The position numbers were made by a program, and so were the translations under genes. From contig JAUZTB010000087.1 of assembly GCA_034780895.1 (NCBI GenBank), forward strand, positions 83,354,649 through 83,418,648: DNA of 64,000 nucleotides, given 5' to 3'. Each line of letters begins with the position of its first letter. The first letter of the stretch is position 1. Under the pieces are notes generated by a model, which worked only from the letters and a program-made list of their open reading frames with translations, was not told the DNA's origin and searched no databases. This document shows positions 52,057-64,000 of the stretch, piece after piece. This stretch comes from Rhynchobatus australiae (taxonomy: Eukaryota).

Positions 52057-52562
52057 NNNNNNNNNNGGCACCTTTGATACAGAAAGATATTCTGAAGAAC
52101 TTTCACAAAGGGATGGTGATAAGCCAAAGGAGGAGGAAATAGGTGGTGTGACCAAAGAAATTTTAAGGAAGTCTGATACAAAGAAGTCAGGTGTTCTGAG
52201 CTGAAGGATAAAACTATCAATCACATCTGTAATCCTGCCAGTCACCTCCAGTAGCTGCGCATGTGGTAGAGAGCAGCATGGAGATGTCTCAATATTGGGA
52301 CCTCAGCCACTTTGAGATGAAAGCCACCCGAGACCCCAAAAGCTTCTGAATGAAAGCACAGATACTTTATCATATTCTGTAGGTGAACAAGAACTGAAGG
52401 AAAGGTAGGAATCACCTTGGAGAATACCTTAAATGATGTTTTGGAAAAATATAGATGGTTAGTTCCTTTGAAAGTTAAATACTATGTTTGCCACCTTTTC
52501 AATTGTGATTCATTACTGTCCTGGAAATATACAGTGAACAATAAAGTTCAAAGTTTTAAAAC

Positions 52563-53800
52563 TCACACAAAATGCTGGAGCAACTCAGCAGGTCAGGCAG
52601 CATCCATGGAGAGAAATAAACAGTCGACATTTCAGGCTGAGACCCTTCGTCAGGTCTGGAAAGAAAGAGGGCAGAAGCCAGAATAAAAGGAGTGGGGGAG
52701 GGGGAGGAGCATGGGCTGGCGGGTGATAGGTGAATCCAGGTGGGGGGTGGAGGTAGGTGGGTGGGGGGGGGAATGATGTGAGAAGCCGGGAGGTGATAGG
52801 TGAAAGAGGAAAAAGGCTGAACAAGATGGAATCTGATGGAGAGGACAGTGGACCATGGAATAATGGGAAGGAGGTGGGAACCAGAGGGAGGAAGGTGTGG
52901 GTGAGGGGCAGGTTGTGAAGGCAGGGGAGGAGAAAGAGAGGGGTAGATGGGCCAGAGGGATAAGGGAAAACAAAAGGGGCAGAGGACAGAGGCAATTGAT
53001 GTTGATGCCATCAAGTTGGAGACTGCCCAGGCGGAATACGAGGTGCTGTTCCTCTAATCTGTGTTCAGCCTCAATCTGGCAAGAGAGGAGGCCGTGGACA
53101 GACATGTCGGCATGGGGGTGGGAAGTGGAATTAAAATGGCTGGCCACTGGGAGACCCTGGTTGCTACGGCGGACGGAGCGAAGGTGCTCGACGAAGTGAT
53201 GTGTCGGGTCTCACTGATGTAGAGGAGGTCACACCAGATGCAATAACTGACACTGATAGATTCACATGTGTCTGGGGCCCTGAATGGTGGTGAGGGAGGA
53301 GGGGTAGGAGCTGGTGTAACATGTAGCACGGTTACAGGGATGGGGTGAGGGCAGACGTACTCGAAGTGGAGGAGATACAGCTGAGGGCTGCATTGATAGT
53401 AGTGGAAGGGAAACCCTGATTTCTGAAGAAAGAGGACATCTCGGAAGTCCTGGAATGGAAAGCCTTATCATGGGAAGAGATGCAGCAGAGACAGAGGAAG
53501 TAAGAGAAGGAAATAGCATCCTTACAAGTGACAGGGTGGGAAGAGGTGTAGTCAAGGTAACTGGGAGTCAGTGGGCTTGTTAAAGATGTTGGTCGATAAT
53601 CTGTCTCCCTCTCGGGAGACAGAGAGATCAAGAGGTGTCAGAGACAGACCGAGTGAAATTGACGGTGGGGTGGAGTTGGTGGCGAAGTTGATGAAATTGA
53701 CAAGCTCTGGCATGGGTGCAGCAAGTGGCACCAATGCAGTCGTCAATGTGGCGGAGAAGGAGCTGGGGAGCGTTACTGGTGTAGGCTTGGAGACTGAGTG
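52563..53800 (-). mobile_element. Penelope-like retroelement (RT C-terminus, GIY-YIG endonuclease and 3' terminal repeat), 5'-truncated and frameshifted
   Basis: Minus-strand peptides PQLLLRHIDDCIGA (YIDD site), YLDYTSSHP..KDAISFSYFLCLCCISS...RTSEMSSFFRNQGFP, TCESISVSYCIWCDLLYISETR (GIY-YIG) and RLEEQHLVFRLGSLQLDGINI, followed by a pyrimidine-rich 3' region and terminus. Confidence 0.9.
52621..52658 (-). ncRNA. Minimal type-I hammerhead ribozyme motif (degenerate) in the Penelope terminal repeat
   Basis: Minus strand 5'-CAGAC CUGACGA AGG GUCUCAG CCU GAAA UGUC GACUG-3': CUGANGA and GAAA core boxes, stem II AGG/CCU, stem I CAGAC/GACUG with one mismatch, and a GUC cleavage triplet. Confidence 0.7.
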
Positions 53801-53804
53801 AAAT

Positions 53805-54190
53805 GGGCTTAGACTCACTGGAGGCTGGAAGACAGAGAGATGATGTCCCCGAGACACACCTGGTTCTCAGCGGGAGTGCCAGGAGTGATGCCTCCAAATG
53901 AAGAACCAGAAGCTGAGGGCATTGTCTCCAGATACAAGGGTTGGTCATTTATGGCTGGGCTGGAGAGAGATTCCTTTATGCACAAGGTTACAACTCCTGG
54001 GTAGTCTTTGCTTCAAAGAGCAGTGGGTGATCAGGCATTGAGTGCACATTCAAGGCTGAGGTGGCCAGAGTGACTCCCTCTCTGGGGATTAGGAGGGAAC
54101 ATGGACCCTGAGGCCCAGATCAGCCACGACCTTGTTGAAGGTGGAACAGGAGCAAACGCCTGTGCCGTCTACTCCTGATCCAATTTCTCA
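53805..54190 (+). mobile_element. CR1 LINE 3' end, decayed
   Basis: ggcttagactcactggag...cattcaaggctgag...agatcagccacgaccttgttgaaggtggaacagg...tctactcctg. Confidence 0.65.
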
Positions 54191-54487
54191 CACTCTAATG
54201 TTGTTCGCTGGCTATTGGAACACAGACCAGGCCATTAACAATCTTCACACTGTGTCTTTGTACAAATGACCAATAACATCAGTATCTGGTTATAAATGCT
54301 ATGTGTGGCCCTCAGAGGAGATTCAGATTATCAGTCTGGGCCTCCACACAAGAAAGCTGTGAGCCAGATACGTGTCAGGCCACTGCCCACTAAATATCTG
54401 AGGCTGTTCCAGCCTCCACTCTGCTACCGTCTGCATGAGTGTAGAATACCTTTGAAAACAGAGTACACCTTGCAGAATGAGTTTTAT

Positions 54488-54571
54488 CAAGTCAAATCAA
54501 GTTTATTGTCATGTGCACAAGTACAGTGAGGTACAGATACAATGACAATTTTGCTTGCAGCAGCATCACAG
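54488..54571 (-). mobile_element. Rex1/Babar-like LINE 3' tail at gap edge
   Basis: caagtcaaatcaagtttattgtcatgtgcac...gcttgcagcagcatcacag. Confidence 0.6.
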
Positions 54572-56659
54572 NNNNNNNNNNNNNNNNNNNNNNNNNNNNN
54601 NNNNNNNNNNNNNNNNNNNNNNNNNNNNNNNNNNNNNNNNNNNNNNNNNNNNNNNNNNNNNNNNNNNNNNNTAACCTTTTGAATAATTAAAAAAAGAGAA
54701 CTCATCATTACCTAATCTAAAGTATAAAATCCCCATTTTTATATGTGAGCAACTTTTCGTTTGCGGACTATTTTCAGTAACCCCAGGAGAATCTGTGCAA
54801 GAGCGTATAGTTTGGTTCAGGAACATTCCCTGTTAAGTGTCCACATTTGTCTGAATGAAAGAAAAATGCCATCTTAGATGTCGTGGGAAATAGTTACCTT
54901 TAAAACAATCAACAGTGTCAGCACTCCATCAAAAACACAACATTGGCTCTGTGCCATGTAACAGACACATTTAGACAACAGACGTTGATACCTGTCCTGT
55001 GTTGGAGCAAGTTGCTATATTCCTCCATGAAACAGTACTCAGCCCAATTTGATATGGCTAGAGGACATTCCTGTGATTGACAGAGTACTCACTTCTGACT
55101 GTCATTCAAGCTAGAAAATATGGATTGTAGGAATGCCAGAAATGAGAGCAGTTTCCATTTTGTTAATATGATTGAAATAGGCAAATGCAAGTGCTGTCAA
55201 TAACTACAATATCAGCAATGCCAGGTGGAAGGATGTGCTGACATATAACCATTCTTCACATTATTGTTGTTGTGAAGTTTGAAATGAATGAGGAATCAGA
55301 AAATGATTTAATTATTGGTACAAAGAATTTCTTAACAAGCTCTCAAGTTTAATTGCACTTCACAGTGACAGCATCTGATTTTGTACAAATGAATATATTT
55401 CCTTATTTTGGACCTCAGAAATAATATTAATTGGTGAGCATGTGTGTTTTATGTACAGAATGTGCATTAAATAACCTTAAAGTCAGGCAGGGCATCTCTT
55501 TATATTAAAACCTGCCTGATGCATGCAGTGTATAATCTTCCAGTGAGACATTTAAACTAACCTAGCATGAGGGCTTTGCTTTAGTACTGAAATAGATTTG
55601 TAACTAATTGGATTTTGCATATGTTGGTAGAATTGTTTTCTCACACACTTTTTTTCCTAAACAGTAAGCAAGCAGCTTGGAACACAATGATTTGGAGTAT
55701 CAATTAGATAAGAAAGGTCAGGATCATTATGTACAATCTCAAGCATTTCATGCAATTGCTAATGAAACCATTCTTTATGTNNNNNNNNNNNNNNNNNNNN
55801 NNNNNNNNNNNNNNNNNNNNNNNNNNNNNNNNNNNNNNNNNNNNNNNNNNNNNNNNNNNNNNNNNNNNNNNNNNNNNNNNNNNNNNNNNNNNNNNNNNNN
55901 NNNNNNNNNNNNNNNNNNNNNNNNNNNNNNNNNNNNNNNNNNNNNNNNNNNNNNNNNNNNNNNNNNNNNNNNNNNNNNNNNNNNNNNNNNNNNNNNNNNN
56001 NNNNNNNNNNNNNNNNNNNNNNNNNNNNNNNNNNNNNNNNNNNNNNNNNNNNNNNNNNNNNNNNNNNNNNNNNNNNNNNNNNNNNNNNNNNNNNNNNNNN
56101 NNNNNNNNNNNNNNNNNNNNNNNNNNNNNNNNNNNNNNNNNNNNNNNNNNNNNNNNNNNNNNNNNNNNNNNNNNNNNNNNNNNNNNNNNNNNNNNNNNNN
56201 NNNNNNNNNNNNNNNNNNNNNNNNNNNNNNNNNNNNNNNNNNNNNNNNNNNNNNNNNNNNNNNNNNNNNNNNNNNNNNNNNNNNNNNNNNNNNNNNNNNN
56301 NNNNNNNNNNNNNNNNNNNNNNNNNNNNNNNNNNNNNNNNNNNNNNNNNNNNNNNNNNNNNNNNNNNNNNNNNNNNNNNNNNNNNNNNNNNNNNNNNNNN
56401 NNNNNNNNNNNNNNNNNNNNNNNNNNNNNNNNNNNNNNNNNNNNNNNNNNNNNNNNNNNNNNNNNNNNNNNNGAGTGCCCCAAATTCTGTGACCTTCAAT
56501 GAATGAAGACACCAAGGTTTTAATACTCAGCTGAATGTGATTTTGACTTCTTACTGCAGAGAAATCTGACCTGCATGGAGTGTCAGCTGGAAAAATCATA
56601 ACCAATTTTGTTTTATATTTCTTTCAAAGTTGTATAGTCCTTTCCAACTGTCTATACAA

Positions 56660-56830
56660 ATATTTTTAAGGCAGAAGCTGATAGATTCTTGATAAGCAAG
56701 AGGTTGAAAGGTTAGTGGAGGGAGGTAGAAATGAGGAGCTGAGTTTATGATCAGACCTGCCATGATCTTATTGAATGGCAGAACAGGTTCGTGGAACTGG
56801 GTGATCTATTTCTGTTTCTTTTATGCTTAT
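56660..56830 (+). mobile_element. CR1 3' tail
   Basis: tttaaggcagaagctgatagattcttgataagcaag...gatcagacctgccatgatcttattgaatggcagaacagg. Confidence 0.75.
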
Positions 56831-58544
56831 ACTACAAGGTCAAGCTCACCTTTGTCAAGGTTTAAACCATGTAGGTCCCTCTTTTCAGCTCCTGCTCGCC
56901 TATTAAAGATCAAGAAGTTCCTTTAGAACATCTTCAGAATGGAGGACGGGGGTAGTGAGTAGCCTGCCAGACAAGAGAACTGAAGTATTGTAAGCAGTTT
57001 GTTATTAATGAGGTACAGGTGCCTTTCACACCATCAAGGGAAGATCAGTTGATCGAAGAATTCAACACTTGACTACTTATGTCTGGGTAAGTCCTAGAAG
57101 GGGAGGACAACAGATTTTACTTACTTCACTTCTAACCATGCAGTCTGGACAAAAGATGTTTGTATTCCTACATGGTCACAAAGGTANNNNNNNNNNNNNN
57201 NNNNNNNNNNNNNNNNNNNNNNNNNNNNNNNNNNNNNNNNNNNNNNNNNNNNNNNNNNNNNNNNNNNNNNNNNNNNNNNNNNNNNNATGGTCACAAAGGT
57301 AATAAAACTTAAAGAGTTGAACAAATATAAGAGACATTCTCTAAATGCTTAACTTGAAGTTGGGTCGATATAATGGCATATTTAGTCAATTAGATTCCCT
57401 GAGCCATGTATGAACCATGGTTAATATCACTCTGGATTTATATTTCGGGTAAAGCTGTACTTGGATTGAAGACTTAGCTTTGCGGTAAATTGGAAATGAC
57501 ACTACATTGACACTAAATTAGAAAAGCAAATCCATTCAGCTCACCAAACAAAAAATGACAAATAATTGGTAAAATTTTAGAACTAAATGATATATTAGAT
57601 ACTCTAAAGTAAAAGTCAGCCTTTTTATTTTCATAGGAGAAAGTACAAAGTTACAAACACTACATTCAAATATTTAGAATTTGACAGTAATAGCACATAT
57701 CTTGTGAAAAGTGTTACACTGAATTGCATTGTCTACAGCAAAGTGGACTCCTCCCAAAATTCTTCATTTCTCTTTTATCATCAGCATTCTCTTTTACACT
57801 TTTCTTCTTTGTGTACTTATCCAGCTTTGCCTAAAATGCCTCAGAGATATTTGCCTGCATTACTTCTTGTACTAATGGTCCTGGCATTCTCACGATTTGT
57901 TGGGTTTCTTCTAAATTCGCCAGTAACAGTCTTACAGTTATAACTTTATTTATGATCTATGTCTCTATCCCACAAGTAGAAACATTTCATCTACCAAGGC
58001 TGTTATTATGCTAAACTAATCNNNNNNNNNNNNNNNNNNNNNNNNNNNNNNNNNNNNNNNNNNNNNNNNNNNNNNNNNNNNNNNNNNNNNNNNNNNNNNN
58101 NNNNNNNNNNNNNNNNNNNNNNNNNNNNNNNNNNNNNNNNNNNNNNNNNNNNNACCAAATTCAATGCAGTTTCTCTCATTTTCATTGGACCTTCGTTAAA
58201 CCTAATTGTATTATGGAAATTAATTCTTCTGGTTTGTTTACTTAAAAACTGTTTGATTAACTGCGTCTCTCTACCACCAGATCTCTTTGAAAACATCATT
58301 TTCCAGTTCCACTTTGTTTTTTAATTTCCTCCTTAAAACTCAGCTTTTTTCCATTTCTCAATTTTCTCCTTTATTGTCTATGAATTGAGTGCAGGCCGTT
58401 ATCCTTATTTTTTTGGACTTTGTCCTCATCTTTTACCTCTCTATAGTAATTCATTATTAACTGATTTATTCTTGTTTTTTCTGAAATGTATATTTTTCTT
58501 GAACTTTCTTGGCCATCTGGTATGAGGGGAGAAAAGAGAAGAGA

Positions 58545-60635
58545 GGAGGTGAGAGTTGGCTGTAGCTGATTGGAAACATACATTGAAAAGTGTGACAGTG
58601 GTAGGACATATAATGCTGGGCAGTTAGAGAAAGGATGTTAGTTCAGGAAAACTAGACTCCTTTAAATTTCAAAAACTCAAAGGAAATGTAGTACATCTGT
58701 GNNNNNNNNNNNNNNNNNNNNNNNNNNNNNNNNNNNNNNNNNNNNNNNNNNNNNNNNNNNNNNNNNNNNNNNNNNNNNNNNNNNNNNNNNNNNNNNNNNN
58801 NAAACTCAAAGGAAATGTAGTACATCTGTGGCTGACAGGAAAACTGAAGATGGAATAAAATCTAAAGAAGAAGTTTTTACAGTTACCAGAAAAAGCAGTA
58901 GGACTGACACTTGTGAGCATATTATAACTCAGCAAAGGTAGACCAAAAAAATCAATAAAGAAAAGTCAGGTAGATAATGTGAGTAGACAGATGTGAAAGG
59001 TAAAAACTACCTCAACAGCTTCACTAAATACATAATAAGGAAAAGACTAGTAAAGGTAAATGTTACAGAAAGAGATGCAATAGTGGGGTATTATGAAATG
59101 GCAGAGGAATTAAACAAATATATTGCATCTCTCTCACAGAAGAAGACATAAACAACCTGCCAGAGAGCCAAGGGTCTAGTGAGGATGAGGGATGATAGGA
59201 AGTAAGTATTAGTTTTAAAAAAAAGTACCACAGCAGGTAGTGAAATTTAAAGCTGATTAAATCCCAAGCACCCAGTGATCTATATTTCAGAGTTGTGAAA
59301 GAAGTAGTTATAAAGATGATGAATGCTCTTGTTATTTTCTTCCAAAGTTCTCTAGTCGTTGGGATTGTTCCTGTGGATGAGAGGCCAGCAAACGTGACCC
59401 CGTACTTAAGAAAGGAAGAATTGGAAAAATGTGAGCTGCTGATGTAATGTCAGTGGTAGGGAAAATGCTGAAATCTATAACTAGGGACGTAATAACAGAA
59501 TAGAATTGAACAGAATCAGCATGAATTTATGATAGGAAAAATCATGTTTGACTAATCTACTAGAGTTCTTTGAGGATGTGACCAGGAGAATAGACAGGGA
59601 GAACCAGTGATTGTGGCGTGTTTTGATTTTTGGAAAGCTTTCAGTAAGATGCGACACAGAAGGGTGCTCAGCAAGGTTAGGGCACCAGAACAGCAGAATT
59701 GGGGGTGGGTAATATACTGACATGGATTGAGAATTGGTTATTGGACAGAAAGCAAAGAGTGGGAATAAATGGACTGTGACAAGTGAGATACTGCAAGTAT
59801 TGGTACTTGTAGTCCAGCTACTCATGTAATATATCAGCGATTTGGTAGAGGAGACCAAAAATTACATTTCTGAATTTGCTGATGACAGAAGACTCAGTGG
59901 GATTGTGAGTGGGTAGGGAAATGTAAAGAGTGATAAGGACAAGACAAGTGAATGGGCAAGAACGTGGCAGATTATAATGTGGAAAACATGTGAAGTTGTC
60001 CACTTTGGTGCAAAGAAAATAAGAGCAAGTTTTTTTTTATATATAGTGTGAGACTATATAATGTTGATACTGAAAAGATGTATAAAAGTCACTGAAATAC
60101 AAAGTACAGATCATGAAGCAATTTGGAAAGCAAAGACAATGTTGGCCTTTATTTCAAGAGGATTCAAATATTGTGGTAAGGAGCCATTAGATTTAATTAT
60201 ATTGGTCTTTCGTGAGACAGCATCTAGAATACTGTGTACAGTTTTGGTTTGCTTATGTAAAATAAATATGTAGCAAAGCTCCATTAGATTGATTCCAAGA
60301 ATGGTGGGTTTTATGAATGCAAGGGGGATGTTTCCCTTGGCTGAGGAGCCCAGTTGCTACAATCTAAAAGTAAGGGCCCGGTCAATTAGGAGTGAGATGA
60401 GGAGATGCTTCTTCTACGTTGAGGCCGGGGAATTCTCCACCCTGGATGACGGTGGATTCTCAGTCATTGAGTTCTTTCAAAACAGAGGTTGATAGGTTTC
60501 TGCCAATTAAGGGAACAAGGGATATAGGGATGGTGCTAAAAAGTGGCATTGAGGTAAAAGATTAATCATGATCTTCATAAATGGTGGAGCAGGGTCAAAT
60601 GGCCTACTCTTGCTTCTATTTTTTTATGTTCCTAT
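58545..60635 (+). mobile_element. CR1 LINE (~2.1 kb), degenerate
   Basis: gaaatggcagaggaattaaacaaatat (EMAEELNKY), cagcatgaatttatgataggaaaatcatgtttgactaatcta (QH-F--GKSCLTNL), gaatttgctgatgacag (FADD), and tail atggcctactcttgcttctattt. Confidence 0.88.
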
Positions 60636-61869
60636 TCTTACCATTTTGAATACTTTCTTTGAAGTTTTCATCTATTTGTCAGATTTATTTTTCCATTTAT
60701 CTTCCATTGTTCCATTCTAATCTCCTCAAATATCCAGTCTCACACCATATATAAAAAAAATTCTCCTCAAAATTATCTTTCCCCAATCTTTTCCTTCCAT
60801 AGTTATTTTAAATGTATCATTCTCAATCTCTATGATGTTGTATGACATGGATATTGATTCTTTCTCTGGGGATAACATGGAAGAAATACATATTGGATAA
60901 CTGGTGATAAATGAGTACAGAAGTGAAGACCACCACTTGGTTGCAACTCAGTACATTCAGCTGCACTGAAGTCAATGAAGCTAAAGACATGAGTATCAAT
61001 GGTGGCATCCATACAGTGCTGATGGCCAGAGACACACTTCTCCCTCTATGAATTATAGTTTTTGAATGAAATGGAAGATATACCAGTATAAATAATGGGA
61101 ATAAGAACAGCTTGCACTATGTAGAGCAGAATTATCAAATGATATTTGGCACAGAGTCACAGGTTGAGATTATGGCCCATAAGGTACTGTCAACTAATGG
61201 TGAGGCTAAAATCAATCGCATTTGCTTATGGGTCAATGGTATGCCAACTTCAGGAAAGGAAAATTGTGCATTAATCACAGCTGTCTGAGATGCAATTCTA
61301 TGCATTTAGCTTCACAAAATTGGCATCTCACAGTCTGGCTTACCATGGAAGTACACTGGATGGCATGAAGCTTTGTATTTGAATAGTAGACAGGAATGAA
61401 ACCAGAAGATAAGTTGTATTTATTTCAGCCTCATATCCTTTTAATAACACTTTTTTTTTGCTTCAACTCTATCACTTTGGCATTGATCATTGACTATTTC
61501 GTGCAGGAAGCCACGATTCTTCAAGCTGTAATTGTTGGAAAGTATTTTTTTTCTGTCTCTTTCTCCTCTTCATTTCATTCTCTGAATCTGAATTGATCAG
61601 TATCCACCCATTCCAACTTACACTTTCTCCTCAGTCCTTGAGGTATTAATGTTATAATTCTCTCTGGAAAAGGAGATGCACACTTGTTTGCCAGTTCACT
61701 CAGGTCAAAGACAGCCGATTTCCCTTGCTGTGACATTATCATCTTACACTTACAACAACCTGCTGCATAAAAAAATGTTGACTGGGCAAGGGCACATCTA
61801 AGTACCAGCAGGTACTGTTAAATTCATTCCTACAAGACATTATGGCCTATTATGATGGTTTGGTTAAGT

Positions 61870-62150
61870 CTTTAGGGAGTGTGTTAAAGGAGAGAAGCAG
61901 ATGGAGAGGCTTAGGAAAGAAATAGGTAGTTGAAGGTATTGCCCCCAATTTTGGAAGCAAGGACTAGAGAGATACAAGAAGATTTAAGGCTGGAGGATGT
62001 TGCAAATAAAAAGGGCAAGTGGAAACAAAGGCACAGACTTTAAGACCTATGCATGGGACTTTGTGGATGAGCAAGCTCAATGGATGAATGGACATTAGTG
62101 TAAATTGTGATAAACACAGAAGAGAGTTAAAGGTAGATGGAAACCAAAAG
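61870..62150 (-). mobile_element. L2-type LINE 3' fragment, old
   Basis: ttaaaggagagaagcagatggagaggcttagg...ggctggaggatgttgca resembles a recalled L2 3' region. Confidence 0.35.
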
Positions 62151-63241
62151 TAATCAATGTTGAAAAAAAATCTATTCAGCCATCAGACCCATGCCCCTGG
62201 TTTTCTTTGCATCAGCTGCATTTTCATTTTTATTCATGAGTACAGGGGCCGGGAAGCAAATAGGCAAAGAGATTCTTGAGTTTGGTGAAGGCAGTTTGGT
62301 GTGGATGCCTGCACAGCAGAGCCTGGAAAGCTCCTCAGTCAAAGGAAACACCTGGAATGGTCCGCAGGATATCAACTCCTGGAAATTGATATCCCGACAA
62401 TGACTTGGAACAGGGGAGAAAGATGGAGCAGATAGGCATGTATTCATTGATGCACTTCTGAAATGTTCATCTTAGCATTTTGACTAATAACTCTGTGTTA
62501 AGTTTAATTTTGTAGGGTTTCATAATCAGTTAGTAAAAAAAAAGTAGATTGTGACTGCATCTTGGTGATTGTTTTTTAATATTGTAATTGGGAATAATAA
62601 AAATTAAGATCAGATTCACATAATTGCTGAAACATAAAAGTAAGGAAATAATTACACAAAGAAGTGTAGACATTTGAACCCATTCAAAGGCGAAAGCGTA
62701 ACTGAGAGACACTCTTGATGCAGACAACAGAATTAATCTTGAAGAAGTTATAATAGACAAGAGCATTTTTATTAGTAATGAATATTGAGGTGGATTTGCT
62801 TTTAATTGGTGCGAACTCAGACACACCTGTTTGTTCTCTTCCTTTCATCCCTAAGGGCTAGAGTTTAAAACCAACAGAAGAGGTGAAGTGAACCTCATCT
62901 CACTGATGACTAGCAATGATTCAGTGTTAGTTGAGCTTTATTTGTCTTAGTCCAATTCCCAATGGATATGAGTTCAAAGCAAATAGTGCCACAAGTGACT
63001 TATATTAGCATTCTCAAAGGAGAAGATGCCATGGAAATTAGAGTTATGGGTAGGCAAATGCAAAGCAGAAAAATATTCCATTAAATCATTGATATTGCAT
63101 GCATCCCAAACTAATACATTTTAAAATATACTGAATTTATTATTGAGTAATGACCTCCTTAAATATAAAATATATTGTTTATTATTATAATGAACTGAAC
63201 ACTGAAGCAATTTTGCTTTTAATGTTAGAATCAAAACATTG

Positions 63242-63426
63242 GAAATTAAAACAAAAGATAATGGAAATACAATATATCCATCAGTGTTTGAAAGGGAAAG
63301 GAGAATTGAGCTAATGTTTTATGTTGGATCAAGGGTTCATCTCAGACTTTTTAACCTATTTGCTCAGTTTTCAAATACAGTTGTATCTATTCCATATTCC
63401 CAACATTTAATTTTGTTTTGTAATTT
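63242..63426. mobile_element. Old fold-back element resembling an inverted duplication of the Penelope terminus
   Basis: Left arm gaaattaaaacaaaagataatggaaata...gtgtttgaaa; right arm tttcaaatac...tattcccaacatttaatttttgttttgtaattt. Confidence 0.45.
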
Positions 63427-64000
63427 ATGTCCCTTATCCCGGTATTGTTGTCATTGTTTTTGTAAAACCATCGTGAATTTGCACAAAGTTAAATGCATTG
63501 GTGCAACATAGTTCTGTTAAAAGTTTTGGTATAAATACAGTAGAGACTGATCAATACCAAGCTCATTTTTGGAAAAGCAAGTATTTTAGCCAATCATGTG
63601 TAGTGATCTCAAAGTTGTACTGTACTAAGAAGTAGCAATGGAGCAAAAGAAAGTTCAATGCACGGAACAATACAATACGAGCTACAGGCACTTCAGCTGA
63701 ATAATCAATTCCATTAGGCAATATTTACACTAATTCTGAATATTTATACTAATTATGAAATATCATCTATTCTACCAATGTAACTGCAAATATTGAATCA
63801 TGCAATATCTAAAGAAACAAAGGATTGCAATGTTTAAGTTCTAGATTTCAATATAAATACTATAGGTTAAATTGTTTTTAATTGTTTTTATTTTAATCAA
63901 CACTGGGAGAAAATTCACACGCCCTTTTTTCAGAAGGCCACTTAACAACAAACAAGCATGATTGGTGTTATGTTTGAAGTTAGCCAATATTCTTTATGTT

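Noticed and set aside
51538-52245. 235-aa minus-strand ORF and 133-aa plus-strand ORF
   Set aside because: A chance fusion of a CR1 C-terminus, a family A LINE fragment and a gap; not a host gene.
52690-52985. G-rich tract with G-quadruplex potential and Pro-rich ORFs
   Set aside because: It is the low-complexity 3' region of the Penelope element; there is no independent evidence of function.
55483-55519. 9-bp stem tcaggcagg...cctgcctga (and 8-bp agtctcca...tggagact at ~44320-44350)
   Set aside because: Stems this short are expected by chance in 64 kb.
14715-56605. Long ORFs in the ORF track consisting mostly of X
   Set aside because: They are open only because they run through N gaps.
62900-62930. 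ctgatga motif (also ~39262, ~20739 on the minus strand) as possible extra hammerhead or C/D snoRNA boxes
   Set aside because: No properly spaced GAAA or stems, and no terminal stem or D box.
1-64000. Prokaryotic-type systems (CRISPR arrays, operons, defence islands), tRNA or rRNA genes
   Set aside because: The sequence is intron-containing vertebrate DNA. The tRNA-like boxes seen belong to SINE heads.

Overview
This is eukaryotic, AT-rich, repeat-rich vertebrate DNA with many assembly gaps. The repeat families (CR1/HER1-type LINEs, V-SINE/HE1-like and Deu-domain SINEs, Penelope, RTE, Tx1, Rex1-like tails) point to a cartilaginous fish, probably a ray or shark (inference). The only host gene I can support is the 3' part of NSUN3, the mitochondrial tRNA-Met m5C34 methyltransferase, on the + strand. 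It has four coding exons (5312-5655, 11642-11796, 14125-14246, 25563-25824) with canonical GT-AG sites that splice into one open frame. Its first exons are upstream of the window or in a gap. The remaining ~38 kb holds no recognisable gene, only decayed retroelements and a few enhancer-like stretches. The most notable non-obvious signal is a minimal hammerhead-ribozyme motif in the 3' terminal repeat of a Penelope-like element (52621-52658, - strand). Also notable are short fold-back derivatives of that terminus, a 53-nt G.U-compatible hairpin, and SINE/LINE pairs sharing 3' tails. I found no convincing new multi-gene system. Repeat family names are from recalled consensus motifs and repeat boundaries are approximate.
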